A stretch of DNA of 64,000 bases from an uncultured Actinomycetota bacterium (GTDB lineage Bacteria; Actinomycetota; Humimicrobiia; Humimicrobiales; Humimicrobiaceae). Under the pieces are notes generated by a model. That model searched no databases. It was not told the origin of the DNA and saw only the letters and a list, made by a program, of their open reading frames with translations. Within the stretch, counting starts at the first letter, position 1. Every line of letters starts with the position of its first letter. Shown here one piece after another: positions 1 through 10,411 of the stretch. Both the position numbers and the translations under genes were made by a program. The stretch is from the NCBI GenBank assembly GCA_964595565.1, contig CAZQQX010000002.1:3502-67501 (forward strand), read 5' to 3'.

Positions 1-306
1 CGTCTCTCTCTATCGCAATAACCCTCTTGACCAGGTCCTTATTATCTATAGGTGAGTTAAAGGCTACAATATCTCCCCTGCTAACAGTTTTAAATTTATA
101 TGTGATTTTATTTATTAGAACTTTATCCCCTACCCTAAGGGTTGGTTCCATTGAAGGAGTCGGGACAGCAAAAGGCTCAATTATAAAAACTCTGATTAAA
201 GTGGCTGATATTACTGCAATTAATATGACAATTCCATAAATTAGAAATTCTTTAAAAATTTTTTTATTCCTGCCGGTACTGGTTTCTTTATCTTTGATAG
301 ACATTA
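1..306 (-). CDS. lepB: signal peptidase I (S26), 5' portion; gene runs off the window start
   Basis: Minus-strand translation from ATG at 306: MSIKDKETSTGRNKKIFKEFLIYGIVILIAVISATL...PSMEPTLRVGDKVL...SRGDIVAF...KRVIAIERD. This has the TM anchor and conserved S26 boxes (SM, GD, RGDIV, KR-V). It lies just downstream of rplS, as in many genomes. It is absent from the ORF track because it is truncated. Confidence 0.75.
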
Positions 307-338
307 ATTTTAATACAAGTGGATATATTTATTTAAAC

Positions 339-680
339 TTATTTAAATTTAATTTTTGACTTTTTACCTATTTTATCCCTGAGATAATATAACCTTGACC
401 GTCTTACTATTCCTTCCCCTGTTTTTTCAACAGACTGAATTACCGGTGAATTTATAAGAAAAGTCCTCTCAACTCCTACTCCATTAAAGGAAATTTTTCT
501 CACCGTGAATGTCTTATTTATTCCGGACCCTTTCATTCTTATCACAATACCCTCAAGAATCTGGATCCTGTCCTTATTTTCTTCGCTGATTTTTATTTTG
601 ACCTTTACTTTATCACCTGACTTAAAATCAGTTATGTCACTCCGTAAATATCTTCTTTCCAGTTTATCTAGTTTATTCAT
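339..680 (-). CDS. rplS: 50S ribosomal protein L19
   Basis: 113 aa; length and the basic KVKVKIKI...RIQ..EGIVI core are typical of L19; trmD-rplS synteny. Confidence 0.9.
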   Translation of the reverse strand: MNKLDKLERRYLRSDITDFKSGDKVKVKIKISEENKDRIQILEGIVIRMKGSGINKTFTVRKISFNGVGVERTFLINSPVIQSVEKTGEGIVRRSRLYYLRDKIGKKSKIKFK

Positions 681-747
681 TTTATTCCCCAGCCTGTCTA
701 TTTCTATTTCACTTTTATACTAATAAAACCAAACAAATATAATTAAT

Positions 748-1449
748 TTAATACTCTTTGTCAAATAAATCCGGCCTTTTTATTCTGGTTATCCTCCCGG
801 ACTCCTCTTTTCTCCATTTTTTAACACTCTCATGATTTCCGCTTAAAAGAATTTCGGGTACACCCATGCCCTTAAAAACCCGGGGTCTTGTATACTGCGG
901 ATGATCAAGTAAATTATTCTCAAAAGATTCTACTTTTAGGGACTCCTCTTTCCCAACCACTCCCGGCAACAGTCTTATCACGCCATCTATTATTATCATG
1001 GCTGGAATCTCACCGCCGGTTAATATATAATCTCCCACTGAAATTTCAAAATCAACCAGTAAATCTATTACCCTCTGGTCTACCCCTTCATATCTTCCAC
1101 AAATAAATATTATATTTTCAAGCCCCGAAAAATACTTTAATTTGCCCTGCACTAGTTTATCTCCGGAAGCTGACAGCAATATAACCTTTTGCCTGCTTTT
1201 ATTTTTAACCTTATTATTTTTCTTAATAAAATTAACAGCATTATATATTGGTCCCGGCATCAATATCATTCCGGGTCCGCCACCGAATGGCCTGTCATCT
1301 ACCCTGCCGTGCTTATCCTCAGAAAAATCCCTTAAATCATATACATTAAGCTCGCAAATATTTTTTTTGAAAGCTTCTTTTATGACCCCAAAATTAACAA
1401 TGCTATCAAATATCTTCGGGAAAATGGTTACAATATCTATTATCAACAT
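748..1449 (-). CDS. trmD: tRNA (guanine37-N1)-methyltransferase
   Basis: 233 aa; MLIIDIVTIFPKIF N-terminus, SPOUT-fold motifs (GRYEGVDQR, ISVGDYILTGGEIPAMIII); rimM-trmD-rplS order. Confidence 0.9.
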   Translation of the reverse strand: MLIIDIVTIFPKIFDSIVNFGVIKEAFKKNICELNVYDLRDFSEDKHGRVDDRPFGGGPGMILMPGPIYNAVNFIKKNNKVKNKSRQKVILLSASGDKLVQGKLKYFSGLENIIFICGRYEGVDQRVIDLLVDFEISVGDYILTGGEIPAMIIIDGVIRLLPGVVGKEESLKVESFENNLLDHPQYTRPRVFKGMGVPEILLSGNHESVKKWRKEESGRITRIKRPDLFDKEY

Positions 1450-1478
1450 TCTAAAACCAAAAATACTTATTTATAAAT

Positions 1479-2021
1479 TTAAATATATTCAGGAATCCTT
1501 TTTAATATTATTTTCCTGGCCTTTAAATTAATAGTATCAACATAATCCTTTATAACCGGAATATAGAAAATATTATTCTTAGCATCTGAAATATTTAATT
1601 TTTTATTATTTATTTCTACTATCAGGATATCATTGGCACCGGATTTTTCTACATCTATAACTGTGCCAATAAAGATATTGCTTTCCGTATAGACCTTACA
1701 TCCTATTATATCATCCGTCCAGTATTGATTTTCATCAAGTTCGGGACTACTGCCTTCACCGCGGAAAATACCCGTCCCTTTTAACTTCCCTGCATGGTTC
1801 CTGTTATTTATGCTTTTAAATTTAATTAATGAATAGAGCCTGTTTTTTTTTGACTTCACTAACCTGACACTTTCGACTTCTACTGCTCTGGTACACTTCT
1901 CATCAAAAAAAAATATATCTCCTTTTTTAATAGTTTTGGGATAATCAGTAAGCAATTCCACCACTACTTCTCCCTTTACACCATGTGCCTTACTAATTAT
2001 CCCAATTAATCTTGCATCCAC
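1479..2021 (-). CDS. rimM: 16S rRNA processing protein RimM
   Basis: 180 aa; N-terminal GKAHGVKGEV motif and PRC-barrel C-terminus; conserved position between KH/rpsP and trmD. Confidence 0.85.
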   Translation of the reverse strand: MDARLIGIISKAHGVKGEVVVELLTDYPKTIKKGDIFFFDEKCTRAVEVESVRLVKSKKNRLYSLIKFKSINNRNHAGKLKGTGIFRGEGSSPELDENQYWTDDIIGCKVYTESNIFIGTVIDVEKSGANDILIVEINNKKLNISDAKNNIFYIPVIKDYVDTINLKARKIILKRIPEYI

Positions 2022-2091
2022 ATTTAAACCCAGTATTTACCGCTACTTATTTCTTTTAAATAAGTTTAACTATATTTATTATTTTAAATTA

Positions 2092-2325
2092 TCAATCCAT
2101 AATTTTTACAATAGAAGACTTACCCCTCTTAGCAGATGCCGCTCTCATTACAACCCTCAGAGCATTTGCGGTTCTTCCCTTTTTACCAATTACTTTTCCC
2201 AGATCATCTTCCGCAACTTTCAGTTTAAAAATTACTGTTTTGTCATCTTCCTCCTCTTCAATAATTTCAACATTATCCGGGCTGTCAACCAGCTCTTTTA
2301 CCATGTACTCCAGTAGTTCTTTCAC
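2092..2325 (-). CDS. KH-domain RNA-binding protein (YlqC/UPF0109 family)
   Basis: 77 aa; GKVIGKKGRTANALRVV is a KH GXXG loop; conserved position between rpsP and rimM. Confidence 0.75.
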   Translation of the reverse strand: MKELLEYMVKELVDSPDNVEIIEEEEDDKTVIFKLKVAEDDLGKVIGKKGRTANALRVVMRAASAKRGKSSIVKIMD

Positions 2326-2353
2326 TATTTACCTCCAGTTTTAATTGTAATAA

Positions 2354-2599
2354 CTACTTTCTTAAACCAATTTTATCAAAAAGTTTCTGAACTGTATCCG
2401 TAGGTTTTGCACCTTTCTTTATCCATTCAAGAGCTTTCTCTCTGTCAACTTCTATCTTTGATGGATCACTTTTGGGATCATACAATCCAATTTTTTCAAT
2501 GAACCTCCCATCTCTGGGTGACCTGGAATCTGCAACTATAATTCTATAAAAGGGTTTCTTTTTCGCGCCCATTCTTGTCAATCTGATCTTTACACTCAA
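2354..2599 (-). CDS. rpsP: 30S ribosomal protein S16
   Basis: Track ORF (2354..2617) reads [26 protein letters not shown]. Its first ATG codons span a GGAGG Shine-Dalgarno, so the likely true start is TTG at 2599 (7 nt after GGAGG), giving [11 protein letters not shown] as in S16 proteins. Confidence 0.85.
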   Translation of the reverse strand: MSVKIRLTRMGAKKKPFYRIIVADSRSPRDGRFIEKIGLYDPKSDPSKIEVDREKALEWIKKGAKPTDTVQKLFDKIGLRK

Positions 2600-2685
2600 T
2601 CCATAACCTCCAAACATTCATATAGATAGCTTTATGCTTTCATAATTATATATTTTTCTCTAAAACTTGCAAAATATTTTTTTAT

Positions 2686-4014
2686 TTAAAGATTACCTAA
2701 AGGTAACCCGAATTTCCCTTTCATCCCGGAAAATTGTTTCAACAGCTGCTTCGTTTTACTGAATTGCTTTAGCAGTCTATTAATCTCGGATACTGAACAG
2801 CCGCACCCGACTGCAATTCTTTTTTTTCTGCTGCCTCCTATTATATGCGGTTTCTTTCTTTCCTCCGGAGTCATTGAATTGATTATAGCCTCTATCCTGA
2901 CAAGATAAGAATCGTCTACACTCACATTTTTAAATAGCTTATTTTTATTTGCAATGGGCAGCATGGAAAAAATCTTATCCATCGAACCCATTTTTTTTAT
3001 ACTTCTTAACTGGTTTAAAAAATCCTCAAAATTCAATTCATCTCTATAAATTTTTTCTTCAAATCTCTTCGCTTCCTTTTCGCTAACCGCCTTTTCTGCT
3101 TTCTCGGCCAGCGTTAAAATGTCCCCCATCCCCAGTATTCTTGAAGCAATTCTTTCAGGATAAAATATATCAAAATCATCAACTTTCTCCCCGTTTGATA
3201 TAAACTTTATTGGTTTTTTAACTATGTAATATACTGATAATGCTGCACCTCCCCTTGTATCACTGTCTAATTTAGTCAGAATTACCCCATCATATTCAAC
3301 ACTCTGGTTAAAACCGCAGGCAATGTTTACTGCCTGCTGCCCGGTCATAGAATCAAGTACCAGATATATCTCATGGGGTTTAATTTTCTTTCTTATGTTT
3401 ATAATCTCATCCATCATAACCTTATCAATCTGTAACCTGCCCGCTGTATCAATTATAATCAGGTCACTGCCTGATTTTTTGAATGATTCCACTCCTCTTA
3501 CCGATATATCTACCGGGTCGGAATTACTATCAGAAAATACTTCTATACCGAGGTTTTTTGCCATATCCTCTATCTGCAATACCGCTGCCGGCCTGTATAT
3601 GTCTGCTGCAACTATTGATACTTTTTTCTGGAACTTATTTTTTACAAAATTAGCCAGTTTTATAACTGCAGAAGTTTTTCCGGAACCCTGTAATCCTATC
3701 ATCATCATTATAGTGGGACCCCCGGAAGCAAAATTAATACCCCCGCTACCGGAGCCGAGCATTTTAATAATTTCTTCATTCACTATCTTTACTACCTGCT
3801 GGTATGGGGTCAGACTCTCAAGTACTTCTTCACCTGCTGCTTTAGACTTAACATTCTCTAAAAATTCTTTAACCACTTTAAAATTAACATCCGCTTCCAG
3901 CAGGGCAAGCTTAATTTCCCTTAAAGCAATATCCAGGTCACCGGGGCTTAATTTACCTTTATTTCTTATTCTGTAAAATAAATCTTCAAATTTAGCTGTC
4001 AGCGAATCAAACAT
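2686..4014 (-). CDS. ffh: signal recognition particle protein Ffh
   Basis: 442 aa; N domain, G domain (GLQGSGKTS, DTAGR, TKLD) and Met-rich M domain. Confidence 0.95.
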   Translation of the reverse strand: MFDSLTAKFEDLFYRIRNKGKLSPGDLDIALREIKLALLEADVNFKVVKEFLENVKSKAAGEEVLESLTPYQQVVKIVNEEIIKMLGSGSGGINFASGGPTIMMMIGLQGSGKTSAVIKLANFVKNKFQKKVSIVAADIYRPAAVLQIEDMAKNLGIEVFSDSNSDPVDISVRGVESFKKSGSDLIIIDTAGRLQIDKVMMDEIINIRKKIKPHEIYLVLDSMTGQQAVNIACGFNQSVEYDGVILTKLDSDTRGGAALSVYYIVKKPIKFISNGEKVDDFDIFYPERIASRILGMGDILTLAEKAEKAVSEKEAKRFEEKIYRDELNFEDFLNQLRSIKKMGSMDKIFSMLPIANKNKLFKNVSVDDSYLVRIEAIINSMTPEERKKPHIIGGSRKKRIAVGCGCSVSEINRLLKQFSKTKQLLKQFSGMKGKFGLPLGNL

Positions 4015-4044
4015 TTTAATAAACCTCTTAGTAAAAAACTTTAA

Positions 4045-4917
4045 TCAGGAAAATAATGAATTAGCAAACTCTACCGGATCAAAATAACATATATTCTCCA
4101 GACTTTCACCATCTGTGACCATTTTAACTGGTAAATTTAAATCATTTTTTATAGTTAAAACTATTCCGCCCTTTGAAGTACTGTCAGTTTTAGTAAGAAT
4201 TATTCCTGTCAGACCAAGAGAGTTATTAAATAACTCGGCCTGATTTTTTGCATTCTGACCCGTTGTTGAATCAATAACCAGCAGTATTTCATCAACACCT
4301 CGCCTGATTCTTCCTTCTATTACTTTTTTTATTTTCTTTAATTCCTCCATAAGATTATGAGAAGTCTGCATTCTTCCGGCAGTATCAATTATAACCACGT
4401 CAATATCCTTTGCTTTTGCTTTTTCTATACTATCATACACTACTGCACCCGGATCGGACAATTTCTGATGATAGACCATATCAATCCCCAGTTTATCTAC
4501 ATAATATTGTATTTGCTCCACAGCAGCGGCCCTGTAAGTATCAGCTGCCGATATCAGTACTTTCTTACCATCATTTTTAAATAAATTAGCCATTTTGGCT
4601 ACTGAAGTAGTCTTACCCGAACCGTTTACTCCCACAATCAGTAAGACTGTCGGGGGTACATCTGATGTATTTAATCGGCTACAACCATTTATTTCAAGAA
4701 TTTTTATAACCTGTTCTTTTATTAAAGCTTTTATTTCTTCGGGATTATTTACATTCTCACTATAGACATTACTTTTTACTTTATCCAGTATCCTGGTTAC
4801 AGTATCTATGCTTATATCATTTGCTATCATCTGTTCTTCCAGCTCTTCCCAGAATAATTTTTGACTGTCCCTGAATTTATTCCAGATATAACTTAAATTT
4901 TTAATCAGCTTTTGCAT
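4045..4917 (-). CDS. ftsY: SRP receptor FtsY (short NG-domain form)
   Basis: 290 aa; GVNGSGKTT, DTAGR, TKTD GTPase motifs; overlaps smc stop by 17 nt. Confidence 0.9.
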   Translation of the reverse strand: MQKLIKNLSYIWNKFRDSQKLFWEELEEQMIANDISIDTVTRILDKVKSNVYSENVNNPEEIKALIKEQVIKILEINGCSRLNTSDVPPTVLLIVGVNGSGKTTSVAKMANLFKNDGKKVLISAADTYRAAAVEQIQYYVDKLGIDMVYHQKLSDPGAVVYDSIEKAKAKDIDVVIIDTAGRMQTSHNLMEELKKIKKVIEGRIRRGVDEILLVIDSTTGQNAKNQAELFNNSLGLTGIILTKTDSTSKGGIVLTIKNDLNLPVKMVTDGESLENICYFDPVEFANSLFS

Positions 4918-7225
4918 AATTTTTACTTATTTTTTCAGATATTATCTTTGAAACACCTTCCGGCTGCATTGAGATTCCATATATTGTATCTGCTATTTCC
5001 ATGGTTCTTTTTTGATGGGTTATAAGTATTATTTGCTGTTTTTCTGAAAACTTTTTTATCAGGGTCAAAAACCGGCTGATATTCACATCATCCAGGGCAG
5101 CATCTACCTCATCAAAAACATAAAAAGGAGAGGGATTTATTGAATAAATGGAGAAAAGAAAAGCCATTGAAACCAGGGATTTTTCTCCACCCGATAGAAG
5201 TGAAAGATTAACAAATTTATTATTACCAATATCTACATTCAAATCTACCCCTATATTATCCTCATCATCGCTCCGGCCATTATCGGCCCTCTCAAGCTGC
5301 ATTTCTCCTTTGCCAAGGGGAAATAAAATTTTAAAATAATCAGTAAAGCACTTTTTAATTTCTTCAAATTTCCTGTAGAAATAAACAGAAATCCGCCTGT
5401 TAATATCCTTTAATAATTCCTCCAGGTTCTTCTTGCTCTCAACCAGGTCACCTTTCTGAGTAGCTAAAAAATCATATCTTTTTTTAATTCTTTCATATTC
5501 AATGGCAGCATTCGGGTTTACAGTTCCATAACTTTTAATCTCATTCTTTAATCTTCTTACCCTTGCTTCCGACTGTTTTATATCTTCGCTGGGTTTATAG
5601 CTCTTTAGCACATAATCAATTGATATATTATAATTATCTATAATATCTTCAGTAATGGCTTCCACCCTTTCTTTTATCTGCTCTTTTTTGAGCCCTGATT
5701 TGTACAGGTTATTTTCCAGTTTTAACCGGGTCATATTAATCCTGTTTATTTCTTCTTCAAGACTGTCAATTTTCTTCCGGTTTTTTAAAATTAAATCATT
5801 CCTCCTGCTAAACTCCGGATAAAGCTTTTTCTCCATGCCTTCTGAAATTAGAAGGTAATCTTTTAAAATTAAATGTAGTTTTCTGGATTTCCCCAGATTA
5901 ATCATGCAAATTTCCTTTAAATCCCCGAGCCTGCCCGGTCTTCCTTCCTTATCTTTATTATCATTTCCACTTTTTGCTGATACTTCTGAGGATTTTAACT
6001 CTATATCATCTAACATTTTTTTAATACTCTCATTTAATTTTCTTAACTGTTCAATAATTGACTGGATTTCATTTCCGGTATATTCAATGGCACCGGTATC
6101 TTTTACTTTGTTTCTGAAATTATCAATAAATTTTAATAAAAGATTAATGATCTGGTCTAGGTCGTGAGAAGTATTTTTTATAAGAAGCATTATATTATTA
6201 TTTTTCTCATCCTTTAATGAGCCGGGGGATTGATTCCTATCTTCAATATAATGGTTAATCTCTGCATCAAACATATTTAACAATGTTCTGAATGTATTTT
6301 CTTTACTCTCAATTATAGTTATAATATTTTTTAAGTTACTTATTTCAGATTTAAACCAGTCAATTTTACTCCTCCATATTCCATACTCTTCCTGCTCCTT
6401 TTCAATAATTTCCAGCAGCTTATTTTTTTCTTTTTCCAGATATAAGTTTTTTTCTTTTATTTTTTCCAGTTCATCCTTATTCTCAACACAGGAGTTATTT
6501 TCTTCTTCCCATTCTTTATTTAAATTATTAAGATTGGCAATAAAAAGAGAGGCTGCCTCATTTTTTAATAAATTAGAAATTTCTGAATATCTCCTCGCTC
6601 TTTTTGATTCAATCTCAAGCGGGTCCATGGTTCTCTTTATTTCTTCCATCAGGTCGTCAATTCTATCAATATCATTTTTTACCTTCTGAAGTTTCACCAG
6701 TGCTTTATCTCTCCTGATCTTATGTTTGGAAATCCCCAGTATCTCGTCAATTATAGCTTTTCTTTCCACAGGCTTAAGCAGGGCAATCTGGTTGATTTGC
6801 CCCTGATTTACAATAATATGAAGACCTCTGCCAATTCCACTGTCAGCAGTTAACTCCTGTATATCTATCAATCTGCATGGTGAGGAATTTATAAAATATT
6901 CACTACCTCCTTTAGAAAAAACCCTGCGGGTAAATTTAACATCCCTGAACTCTGTATCAAATAATCGGTTTGAATTATCAAATAGGAGGGAGACTTCAGC
7001 AATTCCCATTTCCTCTTTTTTACTCCTGAAAATAACATCTGCCATAGAATTGCCCCTCAGTGTTCTGGGGCTCTGTTCACCCAGAACCCATGAGATTGCG
7101 TCTGCTATGTTACTTTTGCCACTTCCATTAGGACCTACGATTACACTAATCCCGGGTTCAAAAAATAACTGGCTTTTATCTTTAAAAGATTTGAATCCAC
7201 GAAGTGTTATGTTCTTTAAATACAA
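4901..7225 (-). CDS. smc: chromosome segregation protein SMC, unusually compact (774 aa)
   Basis: N-head ITLRGFKSFKD...VIVGPNGSGKSNIADAISWVLGEQS (Walker A); C-head LSGGEKSLVSMAFLFSIY...VFDEVDAALD (signature and Walker B); rnc-smc-ftsY synteny. Only ~460 aa lie between the heads and the hinge is degenerate (GRPGRLGDLKEI). Confidence 0.8.
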   Translation of the reverse strand: MYLKNITLRGFKSFKDKSQLFFEPGISVIVGPNGSGKSNIADAISWVLGEQSPRTLRGNSMADVIFRSKKEEMGIAEVSLLFDNSNRLFDTEFRDVKFTRRVFSKGGSEYFINSSPCRLIDIQELTADSGIGRGLHIIVNQGQINQIALLKPVERKAIIDEILGISKHKIRRDKALVKLQKVKNDIDRIDDLMEEIKRTMDPLEIESKRARRYSEISNLLKNEAASLFIANLNNLNKEWEEENNSCVENKDELEKIKEKNLYLEKEKNKLLEIIEKEQEEYGIWRSKIDWFKSEISNLKNIITIIESKENTFRTLLNMFDAEINHYIEDRNQSPGSLKDEKNNNIMLLIKNTSHDLDQIINLLLKFIDNFRNKVKDTGAIEYTGNEIQSIIEQLRKLNESIKKMLDDIELKSSEVSAKSGNDNKDKEGRPGRLGDLKEICMINLGKSRKLHLILKDYLLISEGMEKKLYPEFSRRNDLILKNRKKIDSLEEEINRINMTRLKLENNLYKSGLKKEQIKERVEAITEDIIDNYNISIDYVLKSYKPSEDIKQSEARVRRLKNEIKSYGTVNPNAAIEYERIKKRYDFLATQKGDLVESKKNLEELLKDINRRISVYFYRKFEEIKKCFTDYFKILFPLGKGEMQLERADNGRSDDEDNIGVDLNVDIGNNKFVNLSLLSGGEKSLVSMAFLFSIYSINPSPFYVFDEVDAALDDVNISRFLTLIKKFSEKQQIILITHQKRTMEIADTIYGISMQPEGVSKIISEKISKNYAKAD

Positions 7226-7247
7226 ATTAAACTTCCCAAAACAATTA

Positions 7248-7985
7248 TTACAAATTTAAATTATACATTTTATTTAACGCGTCTTTTGCAGCATTTTGCT
7301 CAGAATTCTTTTTGCTCTTACCCCTGCCTTTACCAACAACCTTATCTTCAATCATTACTACGGAATAAAATGATTTATTATGGTCGGGCCCCTCGGACTT
7401 ATCCAGCCGATATATTACAAGCTTTGAATAATCTGCCTGGATAACTTCCTGAAGATAGGTTTTATAATCTATAATTTCAGGGGTTCTGATACGTTCACTA
7501 ATTTTTCCTTTATATCTTTTCAAAACCCAATTCGAAGTGAAATCTATTCCTCTATCAATAAAAATAGCACCAATTAAAGCTTCCATACTATTGGCCAGAA
7601 TAGATGCTTTTTTTCTACCCTTGCACAATTCTTCATTCTCACTCAGAAGCACCTGTTCATCCACTTTAATATCCCTGGCTATTTGAAACAGAGTTTTCCT
7701 GTTAACCAGCACAGACCTTATTTTTGCCATCCTGCCTTCAGAAAAATGGCCATACTTTTTATATAAATAGGAGGTAATTATAAAAGAAAGCACGCTGTCT
7801 CCAAGAAATTCCAATTGCTCATTTCCTCTTGATTTAATATTTTCCTGATGAGCATAAGACCTGTGTGTTAGACTCTGTACATATATTTTTAAATCTCCGG
7901 GAATAATTCCAAGACCTTTTAGCCAGCTTTTTATTCTCTTTTCCAGGGTATCTGTATCATCATTCATTAAAAAGAAAATCGCCAC
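7248..7985 (-). CDS. rnc: ribonuclease III
   Basis: 245 aa; HRSY...NEQLEFLGDSVL RNase III signature and C-terminal dsRBD. Confidence 0.9.
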   Translation of the reverse strand: MAIFFLMNDDTDTLEKRIKSWLKGLGIIPGDLKIYVQSLTHRSYAHQENIKSRGNEQLEFLGDSVLSFIITSYLYKKYGHFSEGRMAKIRSVLVNRKTLFQIARDIKVDEQVLLSENEELCKGRKKASILANSMEALIGAIFIDRGIDFTSNWVLKRYKGKISERIRTPEIIDYKTYLQEVIQADYSKLVIYRLDKSEGPDHNKSFYSVVMIEDKVVGKGRGKSKKNSEQNAAKDALNKMYNLNL

Positions 7986-8020
7986 CTTCTAAAGGTAAAA
8001 ATGTTCTACAGGTTTTTAAA

Positions 8021-8263
8021 TTATTTTTTGGAATGAGAATCAATATAATCCAGCGCATCCTTTACTGTAACAATTTTTTCAGCATCCTCGTCGCTTATTT
8101 CTATTTCAAACTTATCCTCAAATGCCATAATAAGTTCGACCAGGTCAAGTGAATCGGCTCCCAGATCGTCAACGAATTTACCTTCAGCCTTAATATCCTC
8201 TTCTTTAACACCCAGTACTTCAACTAAAACTTCTTTAAGTTTGTCAAAATTTTCCATCCTCAC
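8021..8263 (-). CDS. acpP: acyl carrier protein
   Basis: 80 aa; [11 protein letters not shown] phosphopantetheine-attachment motif. Confidence 0.9.
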   Translation of the reverse strand: MRMENFDKLKEVLVEVLGVKEEDIKAEGKFVDDLGADSLDLVELIMAFEDKFEIEISDEDAEKIVTVKDALDYIDSHSKK

Positions 8264-8299
8264 TCCTTTTGTATTTTTTACTTTTTCTATTTTTTTATC

Positions 8300-9340
8300 T
8301 TACCTTTTATAATTTACCCTGTTTATCTCTTCGCTTATTTTACCGGTAAGATCTGATTCCAGACTTTCTATGGCCACTTTTACCGCATTCTTAATTGCTT
8401 TTGCCCTTGAACTGCCATGAGAAATTATTACCGGCCTGTTAAGCCCCAGAAGCTGTGCACCCCCGTACTCTTCATAATCAAATTTTTCTTTCATTTTTAC
8501 CAGTGAAGATTTAACACCAAGGGACGAAATTTTTGTTATAACACTTGAGGTCAGGATATTCTTTATTTCCCTGAAAAAAAACCCCGCCAAGCCTTCAATT
8601 AATTTCAATATTACATTTCCCACGAAACCGTCACAAACCGCTACATCTGTAACACCTTCAAAAAGACTCCTGCCCTCTACATTCCCGATAAAATTAATAC
8701 CCGGATAGTCCTTAAGTAGTTCATGGCTCTCAACTGTTACCTCGTTTCCTTTCTTTTCTTCTTCTCCTATATTAACCAGAGCTACTCTCGGGTTCTTTAC
8801 TCCCAGGATGTTTTCGGAATACACTTTGCCCATAATGGCAAACTGCTTTAAAAATAATGGCCTGCAATCCGCATTGGCTCCTGCATCAATCAATACCACT
8901 TTTTTCTCGTCTAAAGGTATTACCACAGCAATAGCCGGCCTGATTACACTTTTTATTCTTCTTATGTTAAAAAGGCAGCAGGCCATAACCGCGCCTGTGT
9001 TACCGGCAGAAATAAAGGTGCTTTTATCCTCTCCGGATACAAACTTTGAGCCTATAAATATTGATGATTTCTTTTTCTTCCTTAATACTTCTGAAGGGGA
9101 TTCATTCATACCCACTTCCTGCGAGCTGGGCATAATATCCATACCGTTCAGATTCATGCCGTTTAATTCTGCTATCTTCTTAATCTTATCTACACTACCT
9201 ACCAGTTTGATATTTACCCCGTAAATTTCTTTTGCCTCAAGCGCACCCTTTATAATTTCGCCGGGAGCAAAATCTCCCCCCATAGCATCTATAACAATTG
9301 AATAATTATTTGAAAAGACTTCTCCCATAATAGGTTTCAA
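8300..9340 (-). CDS. plsX: phosphate acyltransferase PlsX
   Basis: 346 aa; IVIDAMGGDFAPGEIIKGA N-terminus typical of PlsX. Confidence 0.9.
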   Translation of the reverse strand: MKPIMGEVFSNNYSIVIDAMGGDFAPGEIIKGALEAKEIYGVNIKLVGSVDKIKKIAELNGMNLNGMDIMPSSQEVGMNESPSEVLRKKKKSSIFIGSKFVSGEDKSTFISAGNTGAVMACCLFNIRRIKSVIRPAIAVVIPLDEKKVVLIDAGANADCRPLFLKQFAIMGKVYSENILGVKNPRVALVNIGEEEKKGNEVTVESHELLKDYPGINFIGNVEGRSLFEGVTDVAVCDGFVGNVILKLIEGLAGFFFREIKNILTSSVITKISSLGVKSSLVKMKEKFDYEEYGGAQLLGLNRPVIISHGSSRAKAIKNAVKVAIESLESDLTGKISEEINRVNYKR

Positions 9341-9342
9341 AT

Positions 9343-10410
9343 TTAATTATTTTTTGATATCTCAATTAACTTATTTATATCTATATGTTCTCTTGCCACT
9401 TCAATTATTTTATCAATCTTCTTAATTTCATGGAACCTGACATGTCCAATAATTTCTCCAACTTTTTCAACTGCTGTTAACGTATCAAAATTGACCAGAA
9501 TCATCGGCACGCCCAGCTCCTCCGCTCTTCCCAGGACAATAGTACTCGGCTGAAAGTTGCCTGTAAGTATCATGCATTTAGTATTGGTTTCCAGAGCAGC
9601 AAGCTGAACATCTGCCCTGTCTCCACCGGTTATTACAGCTTTATTGGCTTTTCTTCTGAAAAATTTTAAAGCCTGTTCCTGTCCCATGGCGCCAACCATA
9701 AATGTTTCCACTAACTCTTCCTTTTTATCCCCGGCGCATATTATCTTACCACCGAGAAAATCAGCCATTTCTTTTATACTTACAGATGATAATATTTTAT
9801 CAGAAGCAACATATCCAATAACTTCAATCTTATTTTTAGTTAAAAATGGGATTATAAGTTCTTCAAGATAATCCATCTGACTTTTAGGAACCCAGTTTAT
9901 AATAACACCGGAAAAATAGTCTTTTAAAAATTGCTTTGCATGGAGAATCTGGTCTACAATTTCGGAATTGTACCTTACTACCATAATAACCCGCGCTCCA
10001 AGCTTTCCGCATATTTTCTTTGCAGATATACCCAGAAAACAACCATCTTCAATGCTTTTCGCGCCTTCCATTATTACAATATCCTTATTTTTCTTTATCC
10101 TTTTATAAGCTCCTTCAATTACATCTATAAATCCTTTAGAAAAATCAGGGTCTTTTAAGCCCTCCCGGTCGTGGAGCTGGGTTAAAACAACCGGGCATAT
10201 ATCTTCAAGTTCGTCTTTCACACTTAAGATATTTGATATATATTTAGCATCCTCATCCGTAGTGATATCTCCTACCCTGGTGGGCAGAGTTCCTACCGGT
10301 TTAATATAACCCACTTTCAAACCTTTCTCACCGAGTAGTTTGCCCACACCCACACACATGGAGCTTTTACCGGAAAAAGGCTGATTAGAAATAAAAAATA
10401 ACGGAACCAT
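9343..10410 (-). CDS. stand-alone phosphotransacetylase N-terminal-like module (BioD-like P-loop domain + DRTGG domain)
   Basis: 355 aa; N-terminal P-loop FSGKSSMCVGVGK (CobQ/BioD/MinD-like); C-terminal ITGGDRADVQLAALE...ILTGN resembles the DRTGG domain; no PTA_PTB catalytic domain; translationally coupled to acd. Confidence 0.55.
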   Translation of the reverse strand: MVPLFFISNQPFSGKSSMCVGVGKLLGEKGLKVGYIKPVGTLPTRVGDITTDEDAKYISNILSVKDELEDICPVVLTQLHDREGLKDPDFSKGFIDVIEGAYKRIKKNKDIVIMEGAKSIEDGCFLGISAKKICGKLGARVIMVVRYNSEIVDQILHAKQFLKDYFSGVIINWVPKSQMDYLEELIIPFLTKNKIEVIGYVASDKILSSVSIKEMADFLGGKIICAGDKKEELVETFMVGAMGQEQALKFFRRKANKAVITGGDRADVQLAALETNTKCMILTGNFQPSTIVLGRAEELGVPMILVNFDTLTAVEKVGEIIGHVRFHEIKKIDKIIEVAREHIDINKLIEISKNN

Positions 10411-10411
10411 A

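Noticed and set aside
27-239. 70-aa plus-strand ORF at the window start
   Set aside because: It is antisense to a clear signal peptidase I (lepB) coding sequence and has no RBS or family resemblance. It is spurious.
3323-3976. 217-aa plus-strand ORF inside ffh, and similar long antisense ORFs (for example 13023..13547, 23142..23648, 41953..42171)
   Set aside because: They lie entirely antisense to well-supported conserved genes and have low-complexity, stop-poor AT-rich codon composition. These are typical shadow ORFs.
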